Assembly (NCBI GenBank): GCA_965243025.1
Contig: CBDETY010000003.1
Location: 160,001 to 224,000 of the forward strand
DNA length: 64,000 nucleotides
Reading direction: 5' to 3'
From: Candidatus Latescibacterota bacterium
Lineage (GTDB): Bacteria > Latescibacterota > UBA2968 > UBA8231
Numbering within the stretch: position 1 is the stretch's first letter; each line of letters opens with the position of its first letter. Position numbers and translations under genes: made by a program. Under the pieces are notes generated by a model. It saw only the letters and a program-made list of their open reading frames with translations, ran no database searches and was not told the DNA's origin. Shown here in pieces: positions 27,832-40,168 of the stretch.

Positions 27832-29322
27832 CTACTCGCCGGTCTTCCTCAACTCGGCCAGGTCCGCCATCGTCGCGACCCGCAGGCCCGCGAGGGCGCG
27901 CTGGTAATCGATCGCCTCGCGCAACCCGTCCAGCCGCGCCTGGGTCAGGGCGGTCTGGGCCTGCAGCAGTTCCTGGCTGTCGGCCAGCCCCAGCTCGAAA
28001 CGACTGCGCTCCACGTCGTAGGTTCGCTCGGCCACCGTCAGTTCTTCCCGCCCCAGTTCGATCTGCTGTTCCGCCTCCCTGACGTTGCGCACAGCGTCGC
28101 GGATCTCACGCGCTATCCGGCGCTCGACCGATTCGGTGTTGAGCAGTGACTTCTCCAGGTCGATCTCGGCCCGGCGCACGCGGGCGCGGCGTTCCCCGCC
28201 GTCGACGAGCGGCAGTTCCATGCGCACCCCGGCGGAAACGAAGCTGCGTTCGAAGGTGCTGCTGACGTCGCTGGCGTCCTGTCCGCGGCCCAGCAGGGTC
28301 AACCTCGTGGTCAGCTGCGCGGTGGGGCCCAGCTGCTGCTCGAGATCTTTCAGCGAGAGCTCGGAGGACTGCCGCGCCCACTCCGCCTCCCGCAGGTCGC
28401 TGCGCCGGCGCAGCCCGAACTCGACCGCGGGGCCTTCGGCGATCGGAACTGTTTCGTGATCGACCGAGGTCAGCACATCGAGCGGGTCGTCCATTTGCAT
28501 CCCGAGTATCTCCCGCAAGCGGTCGCGCTGGCGTTCGATCTGCGTCTGCGCCCGGTTGAATTCCGCCTCTGCGCGAAGCTTCTCGACACTGAGGTGAAGC
28601 GCCTCCACCTCGGCGATCAGCCCGATCTCGAACTTGCGCAGGGCGAGATCGAGGGCCGCCGTCGACTGCTCGAGCCGCTGTTGCTGGATCTCGAGCTCGC
28701 GGATCGCCTGCACGAGGTCGTAGAAGGAGTTGGTGACCTGCTCCTCGAGCTGCAGCTCGCGGCGGTGCAGGTTCGATTGGCTGATCGAGAGCCCGATTTC
28801 GGCCTGCTGCAGCTGGATTTCGGCGGCCGGGGTGAAGAGGAGGTCGCGCGTGTAGGCGACCTGGAGGTCGCCGATGAACTCGCGCCGGTCGACGCGGCGG
28901 TTGGAGCTGAAGTCGTTGCGCGAGCCCGAGGCGGTAACGCTGAGCCTGCCGACGTGGGGAATCCGTTGCGACATCGTCGTCCGGCCCTGGTATTCCATGG
29001 TGGTGTTCTCTTCGCGGACTCTCTGGATCAGGGCGATGTCGTCCTGGAGCTGGCGGCTCTCGGAATAGGTTGGCAGGTCGAAGGAGGCGTCGATGCCCAA
29101 CCCGAATTCGGAGCGCGCCTGGCGCAGCTGCTCCCGGGTGGCCTCGACATCGCGGAGGTCGCTGAGGTATCCGAGATTCTGTCTGGCCGCCAGATCGATG
29201 CATTCCCGCAGCGAGAGCGGCGCCGCCGGGGATGAGCGAGCGGCGAGCAGGGCGAGGGCGAAGACGGCCGCGGCCAGGGGCAGGCCTTTCTTCCACACGG
29301 GGTTCCGTCGGCTGTTCGGCAT
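27832..29322 (-). CDS. TolC-family outer membrane efflux protein
   Basis: Signal peptide; LSLRECIDLA, RKFEIGL, PLVDGG and RFELGL duplicated OEP halves. Confidence 0.85.
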   Translation of the reverse strand: MPNSRRNPVWKKGLPLAAAVFALALLAARSSPAAPLSLRECIDLAARQNLGYLSDLRDVEATREQLRQARSEFGLGIDASFDLPTYSESRQLQDDIALIQRVREENTTMEYQGRTTMSQRIPHVGRLSVTASGSRNDFSSNRRVDRREFIGDLQVAYTRDLLFTPAAEIQLQQAEIGLSISQSNLHRRELQLEEQVTNSFYDLVQAIRELEIQQQRLEQSTAALDLALRKFEIGLIAEVEALHLSVEKLRAEAEFNRAQTQIERQRDRLREILGMQMDDPLDVLTSVDHETVPIAEGPAVEFGLRRRSDLREAEWARQSSELSLKDLEQQLGPTAQLTTRLTLLGRGQDASDVSSTFERSFVSAGVRMELPLVDGGERRARVRRAEIDLEKSLLNTESVERRIAREIRDAVRNVREAEQQIELGREELTVAERTYDVERSRFELGLADSQELLQAQTALTQARLDGLREAIDYQRALAGLRVATMADLAELRKTGE

Positions 29323-29487
29323 GGGGTGAAATTCTCGCAAGTTTTTGTATTTTTGGATGATAGGGTATTCTGAAAGCGGTGCCGGAATTCTAATTACTCG
29401 GCCGAACCTCATCAAACCGGGAACCGGAGAAAACGGCCTGCCGCCGCTGCCGCGGTCCGCCGGGGCCGACCCGGGCAGGCGGGGGTA

Positions 29488-30435
29488 ATGGGGCTTTGTC
29501 TGGTTACCGGCGGAGCCGGATTCATCGGCCGCTGGCTGGTTTCCGAGTTGCTGCAACGCCGCAGGCGGGTCATCGTCCTCGACAATCTGTCGGGAGGATG
29601 CCGCGCCAATCTCGCGGAGTTCTCCGGCCGTCCCGGATACGAGGGGCTGATCCGGGGGGACATCCGCAACCCCGGAACCTTGTACGAGCTTTTCTTCCGC
29701 GGCCTCGAGTGCTGCTACCATCTCGCCCCGGGAACCGGTGCGGGGAAATCGCTCGGAAAACCGCAGGAAACCTTCGAGAGCGTCGTTGGCGGCACCATGA
29801 GGTTGCTCGAAATGTGCCGGGAGTACGACACGAAAATGGTTTTCGTCAGCACTTCCCGCGTCTATGCCGAGAGCGGCACGGCCATTGCCGAGGACTTCCC
29901 GCTGGCGCCCCGGTCCCCGTACGCGGCCTGCAAGCTGGCCGCCGAGAACCTCTGTCTCGGATACCACCGGGCCTACCGCCTCCCCGTCGCCGTCGTGCGG
30001 CCGTTCGCCATCTACGGCCCCTTTCAGAGATGCGAACTGGAAGGGGGGATTGTCGCCCGCCTGCAACGGACAGGTGGATCTCCCCTCCCGCGCGGGGACG
30101 GGGAGCGGATCCGGGATTTCGTGTACGTGGAAGACTGCGCCGCCCTGGTGGCCGCGGCCGGGCTCCTGAGGCGCTGCGAAGGTGAGATCCTCAACGCCGC
30201 CAGCGGCCGCGGCGTCCCCCTCGGGGAGCTGGCGGAAATGATCGCCGGAGATCCGGCAGCGGTCGCCGCCCGAAAGCATCAGCCCACCCGGGGGGAACCC
30301 TCGAGAAGGGTGGGAGACGGCTCCAGGGCCGAGGCTCTCGCAGGCTGGAAAGCCTCGGTGGGCATCCGCGAGGGGATCGGCAGGACCAGGGCGTGGATGG
30401 AGGCTGCGGCCGGGGAAGAACAGGGAACGGAATGA
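29488..30435 (+). CDS. NAD-dependent epimerase/dehydratase (divergent)
   Basis: VTGGAGFIG, YAACK, RDFVYVED. Confidence 0.82.
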   Translation: MGLCLVTGGAGFIGRWLVSELLQRRRRVIVLDNLSGGCRANLAEFSGRPGYEGLIRGDIRNPGTLYELFFRGLECCYHLAPGTGAGKSLGKPQETFESVVGGTMRLLEMCREYDTKMVFVSTSRVYAESGTAIAEDFPLAPRSPYAACKLAAENLCLGYHRAYRLPVAVVRPFAIYGPFQRCELEGGIVARLQRTGGSPLPRGDGERIRDFVYVEDCAALVAAAGLLRRCEGEILNAASGRGVPLGELAEMIAGDPAAVAARKHQPTRGEPSRRVGDGSRAEALAGWKASVGIREGIGRTRAWMEAAAGEEQGTE

Positions 30436-31403
30436 CGTCGACACTTGTCACCGGGGGCGCCGGTTTCATCGGTTCCCACCTGGTGGGGGAACTGCTCGCG
30501 AAAGGACACCGGGTCCGCGTACTCGACAATTTCTCCTCCGGCAGGCGCGAGCGCCTCGAGCCGTTCTCCGGGGAGATCGAGATCGTCGATGGGGACCTGC
30601 GCAGCCGGCAGACGGTGCGCGAGGCGGTTCACGGGGTCGACTTCGTCCTCCACCAGGCGGCGGTGCCCTCGGTGCCGCAGTCGGTGGAGGACCCGGTTAC
30701 CACCAACGACGTCAACGTCGGGGGCACCCTCCACCTTCTCGAAGCGGCGCGGGATTCCGGGGTCAGGCGCCTGGTCAACGCCTCTTCCTGCTCGGTGTAC
30801 GGCGACAGCGAAACCGTGCCGAAGACCGAGGACATGGTGCCTGAACCGATTTCCCCGTACGCCGTTTCCAAGTTGACGGGGGAGTACTACTGCCGGGTGT
30901 TCTCGCATCTGTACGGTTTCGAAACGGTGTCCCTGAGGTATTTCAACGCTTTCGGGCCGGGAATGGATCCCGGTTCCGAGTACGCCGCATTCATCGCCAT
31001 CTTCACGGTTGGGCTGATCGAGGGCAGGCCGCTGACCATCAACGGCGACGGCACCTTCGTCCGGGATTTCACCTACGTCGGGAACGTCGTCGACGCCAAC
31101 ATCAGAGCCCTCGAAGCCGAAGGGGTCAGCGGGGAGGTCTTCAACGTTGGGTGCGGGGCCACCACCAGTCTGAACGAGGTGGTCGAAATCCTCAGGAAGC
31201 TGCTGGGGACGGAGGGAGACATCCGCCACGGACCGGAGCGGCCCGGCGATATCAGGCGATCACTCGCCGGCATCGACACGGCGCGCCGGAAGCTGGGGTA
31301 CGTGCCCCGGGTGCCGGCGCGCGAGGGACTCGAGCGCACCGTCGAGTGGTACAGAAACGGGGGCAGAGGGTCGAGGACCGGCCGGGAAGAACGGCCTGGA
31401 TGA
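30432..31403 (+). CDS. NAD-dependent UDP-sugar 4-epimerase (WbpP/GalE-like)
   Basis: VTGGAGFIGSH, HQAAVPSVP, PYAVSK, LRYFNAFGP, RDFTYV. Confidence 0.9.
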   Translation: MTSTLVTGGAGFIGSHLVGELLAKGHRVRVLDNFSSGRRERLEPFSGEIEIVDGDLRSRQTVREAVHGVDFVLHQAAVPSVPQSVEDPVTTNDVNVGGTLHLLEAARDSGVRRLVNASSCSVYGDSETVPKTEDMVPEPISPYAVSKLTGEYYCRVFSHLYGFETVSLRYFNAFGPGMDPGSEYAAFIAIFTVGLIEGRPLTINGDGTFVRDFTYVGNVVDANIRALEAEGVSGEVFNVGCGATTSLNEVVEILRKLLGTEGDIRHGPERPGDIRRSLAGIDTARRKLGYVPRVPAREGLERTVEWYRNGGRGSRTGREERPG

Positions 31404-32704
31404 CCAACCTGATCGAAAAGATCGAGCGCCGGGAAGCGCGGCTGGCCGTCCTCGGCCTGGGCTACGTCGGTCTGCCGCTCTCCGTCGAGTTCGCGCGCGG
31501 CGGCATCCGCACCTCGGGCATCGACGTCGACCCGGAAAGGGCCTGCAGGGTCAACGCCGGCGATTCCTACGTGTCGGAGGTTGCCAGCGAGGAGCTCAAA
31601 CGGCTGGTCGACGCCGGGACGCTGTCGGCAGGCACCGATTTCAGCGTGCTGAAGGAGGTCGATTGCGTCTGCATCTGCGTTCCCACGCCGCTGAGCAAGA
31701 CCAAGGCCCCCGACATCTCCCACATCGTCTCGGCCTGCGAAGAGATCGCCCGCTACACCCACCCGGGCATGCTCGTTGTTCTCGAGAGCACGACCTATCC
31801 CGGTTCGACCGAGGAGCTGATTCTGCCGAGGCTGCGCGCGGACGGGGCGGTGCCGGGAGAGGATTTCTTTCTCGCCTTCTCGCCGGAACGCGTCGACCCG
31901 GGAAACCGGCGCTGGACTACCCGGAACACCCCCAAGGTTATCGGAGGACTGACGCCGCAGTGCACCGCCGCGGCGGCGGCGCTCTACAAGCACGCCGTCG
32001 ACGTCGTCGTCCCGGTCTCTTCCCCTGCAGCCGCGGAGATGGTCAAGCTGCTGGAGAACACCTACCGCTCCGTCAACGTCGGACTGGTGAACGAGATCGC
32101 CCTGATCTGCGACCGGCTCGGACTCGACGTCTGGGAGATCATCGAGGCCGCCGCGACCAAGCCGTTCGGTTTCATGCAGTTCTTCCCCGGCCCCGGGTTG
32201 GGGGGGCACTGCCTGCCGATAGATCCTCTCTACCTTTCCTGGAAGATGCGCAGCCTGGATTACGAGACGAGATTCATCGATCTCGCGGACAAGGTGAACG
32301 CGCACATGCCTCTTCACGTGATGGAGAAGGTCACCGACGCCCTGAACGAAGAGGGGCGGGCGGTGAAGGGGTCGCAGGTGCTGGTCATCGGCGTCGCTTA
32401 CAAGGCGGATGTCGACGACGTCCGCGAGAGTCCCGCGGTGCGCATAATCGAGCTGCTGCGGCGCCGGGGGGCGGAGGTCTCCTACCACGACCCCCACGTC
32501 CCCAGGCTCGAGGTCGAATACGGGGACGACCTCGTCTCCGTCGGACTGGACAGGAAGTCACTCGAAGCGGCCGACTGCGTCGTGATAGTCACGGCGCACT
32601 CGGAGTGCGACTGGCGCCGGGTCGGGAAACAGGCGCGGCTGATCGTCGACACGCGCAACGTCCTGGGTGCGCTCGGGACCAGGGCGAAAGTCAGGGGGCT
32701 GTGA
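31400..32704 (+). CDS. UDP-N-acetylhexosamine 6-dehydrogenase (WbpA/WecC family)
   Basis: GLGYVGLP, CVPTP, ESTTYPG, SPERVDPG, GGHCLPIDP, DVRESP. Confidence 0.92.
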   Translation: MTNLIEKIERREARLAVLGLGYVGLPLSVEFARGGIRTSGIDVDPERACRVNAGDSYVSEVASEELKRLVDAGTLSAGTDFSVLKEVDCVCICVPTPLSKTKAPDISHIVSACEEIARYTHPGMLVVLESTTYPGSTEELILPRLRADGAVPGEDFFLAFSPERVDPGNRRWTTRNTPKVIGGLTPQCTAAAAALYKHAVDVVVPVSSPAAAEMVKLLENTYRSVNVGLVNEIALICDRLGLDVWEIIEAAATKPFGFMQFFPGPGLGGHCLPIDPLYLSWKMRSLDYETRFIDLADKVNAHMPLHVMEKVTDALNEEGRAVKGSQVLVIGVAYKADVDDVRESPAVRIIELLRRRGAEVSYHDPHVPRLEVEYGDDLVSVGLDRKSLEAADCVVIVTAHSECDWRRVGKQARLIVDTRNVLGALGTRAKVRGL

Positions 32705-33726
32705 GCACCGCGGGCGAACGGACGACGCTGGCCTGCGTGGGAGCCGGTTACTGGGGCAGGAACTTGGTGCGGGTGTTCGCCGGGCTTCCGGAAGTCCGTC
32801 TGAAGACCGTGTGCGACGCCAACGCCGATATCCGCAAGGCGATGCGGGCGCAATACCCGGAGGTCGAGGCGGCCGCCTCCTTCGAGGAGGTGCTGTCCGA
32901 CGGGGAGGTGGAGGCGGTGGTGCTGGCCGTGCCGGCGGTTCGCCACTTCGCCGCCGCTCGCGCGGCCCTGGAGGCGGGCAAGCACGTGTTCGTCGAAAAG
33001 CCGATGACGCTGTCCGGCGGCGAGGCCGAGGAACTGGTGGAGCTGGGAGAAAGGCAGGGCCGCACCCTCATGGTCGGACACCTGCTCGAGTACCACCCCG
33101 CGGTCGAGTTCCTGCGGGAGATCATCTCCCTGGGGGAGCTGGGAGAGATCTACTACCTCTACTCGCAGCGGGTGAACCTCGGAATCGTGCGGCGGGATGA
33201 AAACGCCTTGTGGAGCTTCGCTCCCCACGACCTGTCGGTGATTCTCTACCTGCTGGGTCAGGTTCCCGACTCGGTGAGCGCCCGCGGCGAGTCCTACCTG
33301 CAGCAGGGAGTGGAAGACGTCGTTTTCGTCAACCTGCATTTTCCCGACGGCAAGATGGCGCAGCTGCAGCTGTCCTGGCTGGACCCGCACAAGATCCGCA
33401 AGCTCACCATCGTGGGAAGCCGCAAGATGGCGGTGTTCGACGACATGGAGAGCACCGAGAAGGTGCGCATCTACGACAAGGCGGCGGAGCGGGAGGAGTA
33501 CGAGAGCTACGGCGATGCCATTACCCTGCGGATGGGGGACATCGTGATCCCCCACATCCACATGGCCGAGCCGCTGCGCCTCGAGGCGCAGCATTTTGCC
33601 GAATGCATCCGCTCCGGGAAGCCCCCCCGCAGCGACGGGCGTGACGGCCTGCGCGTGGTGCGGGTGCTGGAAGCCGCCCAGAAATCCCTGCAGGAGGACG
33701 GAGCGCCGCAACGGCTCCCGCGGTAG
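32701..33726 (+). CDS. Gfo/Idh/MocA family oxidoreductase
   Basis: GAGYWG, HVFVEKP, MVGHLLEY, PHD. Confidence 0.88.
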   Translation: MSTAGERTTLACVGAGYWGRNLVRVFAGLPEVRLKTVCDANADIRKAMRAQYPEVEAAASFEEVLSDGEVEAVVLAVPAVRHFAAARAALEAGKHVFVEKPMTLSGGEAEELVELGERQGRTLMVGHLLEYHPAVEFLREIISLGELGEIYYLYSQRVNLGIVRRDENALWSFAPHDLSVILYLLGQVPDSVSARGESYLQQGVEDVVFVNLHFPDGKMAQLQLSWLDPHKIRKLTIVGSRKMAVFDDMESTEKVRIYDKAAEREEYESYGDAITLRMGDIVIPHIHMAEPLRLEAQHFAECIRSGKPPRSDGRDGLRVVRVLEAAQKSLQEDGAPQRLPR

Positions 33727-33732
33727 CAGGCA

Positions 33733-34518
33733 GTGGAAGCTCTGAACGGGATCGCCCGGGAGGGATTCTGCGTGCTAGAGGGGGTGATCCCCCCCGGTGC
33801 CGTCGAAGAAGTGCGCGACAGCGTTCTGGCGACGGCCGCGGCGCACAAGGTCGCCGATCCGCGCAGCCGCCTCGACAAGGTTTCCGGCCTCATCAACTTC
33901 GACCAGTCCTTTGCCCCATTCCTGGCAGAGCCTCGCCTCCTGGGGCTGTGCAAGGCCCTGCTCGGGGAGCACGTGCGGGTGTCGTACACCACCTGCATGG
34001 TGACTCACCCGGGCAACGAACGCGGCGCCTGGCACGCGGACTGGCCGTTCAATCAGCAGAACGCCGGGCGCGTCAAGGCCCCGTACCCCGACGCCGTGCT
34101 GCACCTGACCACGATCTGGATGCTCACCCCCTTCACCGCGGATACGGGCACCCTCGTGGTGCCGGGATCCCACCGGCGCCCCGACAACCCTTCCGGAGAC
34201 GCCGGCGTCGATCCGCACCGGTCCCACCCGGAGGAGGTCGCCGTGGAGGGGGATGCCGGCTCCGTGCTCGTCATGGACAGCAGACTGTGGCACGCCATCA
34301 GTCCCAACCGGTCGGGCGAGTCCCGCGTCGCCCTGCCGATCCGCTTCGCCCCGTGGTGGCTGAACCTCGACTCGCTGCGGCCCGGATCCGACGAGCGCCG
34401 GCGGCTGACCGCCGGCGGGCTGTCGGAGAACGTGGTGCCGCTGGTGCCCGCCGAGGTGTTCGCCCGCCTGCCCGAAGGGGCGAAGCCCCTCTTCCGCCAC
34501 TGGGTGGACCGCTCCTGA
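33733..34518 (+). CDS. Phytanoyl-CoA dioxygenase (PhyH) family Fe/2OG oxygenase
   Basis: WHAD...VVPGSH...LWH...R facial-triad motifs. Confidence 0.85.
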   Translation: MEALNGIAREGFCVLEGVIPPGAVEEVRDSVLATAAAHKVADPRSRLDKVSGLINFDQSFAPFLAEPRLLGLCKALLGEHVRVSYTTCMVTHPGNERGAWHADWPFNQQNAGRVKAPYPDAVLHLTTIWMLTPFTADTGTLVVPGSHRRPDNPSGDAGVDPHRSHPEEVAVEGDAGSVLVMDSRLWHAISPNRSGESRVALPIRFAPWWLNLDSLRPGSDERRRLTAGGLSENVVPLVPAEVFARLPEGAKPLFRHWVDRS

Positions 34519-34673
34519 GGGGAAGATACCCGGGCCGCACAATCGCGCGGTCGCAACCGGCGGGGAGCAGAGCTCCTCCCGTGGATCGATTGGATCGATG
34601 CCCGCGGGCTGTCTGCGGCGCTGAGTCCCTCTTCAGGGCACATCGTGTCGCTGACAGGAGGGAAGGACGGCAC

Positions 34674-34705
34674 AAAAAAAGGCGCCCGAGCCTCGCCCGG
34701 CGCCT
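34674..34705 (-). terminator. Intrinsic terminator after tRNA-Met
   Basis: Minus strand AGGCGCC...GGCGCC followed by T7. Confidence 0.7.
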
Positions 34706-34721
34706 GGGAAACTGCTTTCGG

Positions 34722-34798
34722 TGGTAGCGGCGGAGGGACTCGAACCCCCGACACGTGGATTATGATTCCACTGCTCTAACCAACTGAGCTACGCCGCC
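34722..34798 (-). tRNA. tRNA-Met (CAT), elongator type
   Basis: GGCGGCGTAGCTCAGTTGGTTAGAGCAGTGGAATCATAATCCACGTGTCGGGGGTTCGAGTCCCTCCGCCGCTACCA folds as a cloverleaf with encoded CCA. Confidence 0.96.
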
Positions 34799-34809
34799 CC
34801 GGAAATCCG

Positions 34810-34838
34810 AACCTAGGCGGCCCCCCTTTCCCTGTCAA
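34810..34838 (-). promoter_or_regulatory. Sigma-70 promoter of tRNA-Met
   Basis: TTGACA-17 nt-TAGGTT. Confidence 0.65.
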
Positions 34839-34876
34839 CAAAGGAACCGGGGGGAAACCCGGGATCAACCCGCTCT

Positions 34877-37801
<2,925 letters not shown>

Positions 37802-38083
37802 GCTGGTTGCCCGGTGGTGACTGAAGGGGGGGGGGAGGGAGCCGGATGCGGAGAGAAGAGCATAACGGTTCGGCAACCCTGGCGTCAATCGGGTGACAGG
37901 AACGCCCCGGGAACCCGCTTCGGGACCGTATGTGAGGAGGCGGAGAGGACAGAACCATTCGTCGAAGGGCGATTCCGTGCCGGACGGGCTCGGTTTCCCG
38001 CCGGGCACGCTTGTTGATGAGATCTCCATTCAATGGCCAGCCACGACTCAACCGAGTCCCATGACTGCGGGGCACCGGATACA

Positions 38084-38842
38084 ATGGCGGCGCGGATCGC
38101 ACACACTCTCCGCACCGGGGCCGGCTGTCTTCTCGATTTCGTCTACCCGCCCCACTGCGCCGTCTGCCGGGCTCCCGTCGATTCGGTGGACCGGCCCCTG
38201 TGCTCCTCCTGCTGCGACGAGATCGTCCGCCCGCCCGCGAACCGCTGTCCACGCTGCAGTTGCCCGCGGAATCACCCGTCGCCTGGAGACGGTGGTTCAG
38301 GCCCGAACGACTGTCCCCAGTGCGGGAACTGGCCTCAGGCGATCGAGCGCGCCCTGGTTCTGGGGCCGTTCGCCGGCGTCCTGAGGGAGGCCGTCCACGC
38401 CATCAAGTTCGCCGGCCACCGCCGGCTGGCCGTGGAGCTGGGGAGACGCCTGGCCGTCCTGCCCGAGTTCGAGCAGTTCGGCGGTATCGACCTGCTGGTC
38501 CCGGTGCCGCTGCACCCTGCCCGGCAGCGGGAGCGCGGGTTCAACCAGAGCCTGCTGATTGCGCGAGGGATCGCTGCGGCCAGCGGGAAGCCTGTCGTGA
38601 CCGACAGGGTCAGGAGAGTAAAGGCGACCCGTCAGCAGGCGATGTTGACTGCGGCGCAACGGGCGGCCAACCTCAGCTCCGCCTTCGCCGCCTCCCCCAT
38701 GCCTGCGGGGGTTGTCGCAGGCCTTGTTGACGATGTGGTAACCACGGGTTCGACCGTCGGGGCATGCGCCGAACCCCTCGCTGCCCGAGGGGGTTCGGTG
38801 GTCGTACTGGCTCTCGCCAACGCACCTGTGCAGGAAGCCTGA
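38084..38842 (+). CDS. ComF family protein (double zinc ribbon + PRTase)
   Basis: PPHCAVC and further CxxC pairs, PVPLH..RQRERGFNQS, LVDDVVTTGST. Confidence 0.88.
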   Translation: MAARIAHTLRTGAGCLLDFVYPPHCAVCRAPVDSVDRPLCSSCCDEIVRPPANRCPRCSCPRNHPSPGDGGSGPNDCPQCGNWPQAIERALVLGPFAGVLREAVHAIKFAGHRRLAVELGRRLAVLPEFEQFGGIDLLVPVPLHPARQRERGFNQSLLIARGIAAASGKPVVTDRVRRVKATRQQAMLTAAQRAANLSSAFAASPMPAGVVAGLVDDVVTTGSTVGACAEPLAARGGSVVVLALANAPVQEA

Positions 38843-38858
38843 GCGCCACCTCCCCGGC

Positions 38859-38887
38859 TTGACGCTACCTGCAGGCCGCGATAGAAT
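38859..38887 (+). promoter_or_regulatory. Sigma-70 promoter of the glycolytic operon
   Basis: TTGACG-17 nt-TAGAAT. Confidence 0.72.
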
Positions 38888-39036
38888 TGCGGCCATTTGC
38901 ACCCCCTGCCAGAGCCGTTCTTCCGGGCGCCATCGAAAGCCCCGCGGTTGCGGCGGGGCGCGAAGGAGAGCAAGGATCCTTCGCCTTCCTGCTGATGGAA
39001 GGAACCCTTCGAGAGGGGGTCCTTCCGGGAATTTCG

Positions 39037-40104
39037 ATGGATATCGCGGATCCAAGAGTGGAATTGCCGAAAAAGACTGTCGGGATTCTGACCGGAGGCG
39101 GCGACTGTCCTGGACTGAATGCCGTCATCCGCGCCGCGGTCCGCAAGGGAATTGTCGAGTACGGGTATCGCTTTCGCGGCGTGCTCCTCGGTTGGAGGGG
39201 AATGCTCGAGTGCCAATGGCTGCCCCTTGGGCTGGAGGAGATCTCCGGCATTCTGCCGCGCGGCGGGACCATCCTGGGCACCTCGAGAACAAACCCGTTC
39301 AAGGATCCGGACGGCGGCGATATCGTCGTCGAAAACATGAAACGGATGAAGCTGGACGCCCTGATCGCCATAGGGGGAGAGGACACCCTTTCGGTAGCGG
39401 ATCAACTCACGGAGATGGAGGCTCCGGTGATCGGCGTCCCGAAGACAATCGACAACGACATCAGCAAAACGGATTACACCTTCGGTTTCGACACGGCGGT
39501 CAACATCGTCACCGAAGCCCTGGACCGCATCCATACCACCGCCGAGTCCCACAACCGGGTAATGGTAGTCGAGGTGATGGGAAGGCAAAGCGGCTGGATC
39601 GCCGTCCACGCCGGCATCGCCGGGGGCGCGGACATGATCCTGATTCCCGAGCAGGCGTACTCGATCACCGAGATCGTCGAGTCGATTCAGAAGCGCCACG
39701 AGCGCGGGAAAGATTTCAGCATTGTCGTCGTGGCGGAAGGAGTGAAGATCGAGGGGACGAACGACCACGTGGTTTTTTCACGGGGCAAGGACGAGTTCGG
39801 CCACGTGAAACTGGGCGGCGTGGGACACCTCGTGGGGGAGGAGATCGAAAAGCGGACGGGCTACGAGACCAGGGTCACCGTGCTGGGTCATCTGCAGCGC
39901 GGCGGCACTCCGACTGCCTTCGATCGCGTTCTGGGGACGCGGTTCGGGATCGCCGCCATAGACCTGGTTGCCGCCGGCGATTTCGGCATGATGGTCAGCC
40001 TGCAGGGCAATCAGGTCGTGCCCATTCCTCTCGCGGAAGGGGTCGGAGAGCTGAAGATGGTGGGTGAGGATCTTTTCGACATCGCGCGAGTATTTTTCGG
40101 GTGA
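39037..40104 (+). CDS. pfkA: 6-phosphofructokinase (start 39037 or 39064)
   Basis: TGGGDCPGLNA, GGTILGTSR, PKTIDND, EVMGR, LGHLQRGG. Confidence 0.93.
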   Translation: MDIADPRVELPKKTVGILTGGGDCPGLNAVIRAAVRKGIVEYGYRFRGVLLGWRGMLECQWLPLGLEEISGILPRGGTILGTSRTNPFKDPDGGDIVVENMKRMKLDALIAIGGEDTLSVADQLTEMEAPVIGVPKTIDNDISKTDYTFGFDTAVNIVTEALDRIHTTAESHNRVMVVEVMGRQSGWIAVHAGIAGGADMILIPEQAYSITEIVESIQKRHERGKDFSIVVVAEGVKIEGTNDHVVFSRGKDEFGHVKLGGVGHLVGEEIEKRTGYETRVTVLGHLQRGGTPTAFDRVLGTRFGIAAIDLVAAGDFGMMVSLQGNQVVPIPLAEGVGELKMVGEDLFDIARVFFG

Positions 40105-40168
40105 TGCAGTGAATTCAAATCTGTATTTTTGGAATTGCGCGGCGGGGCGATAGCCCGCGGAGACACCC

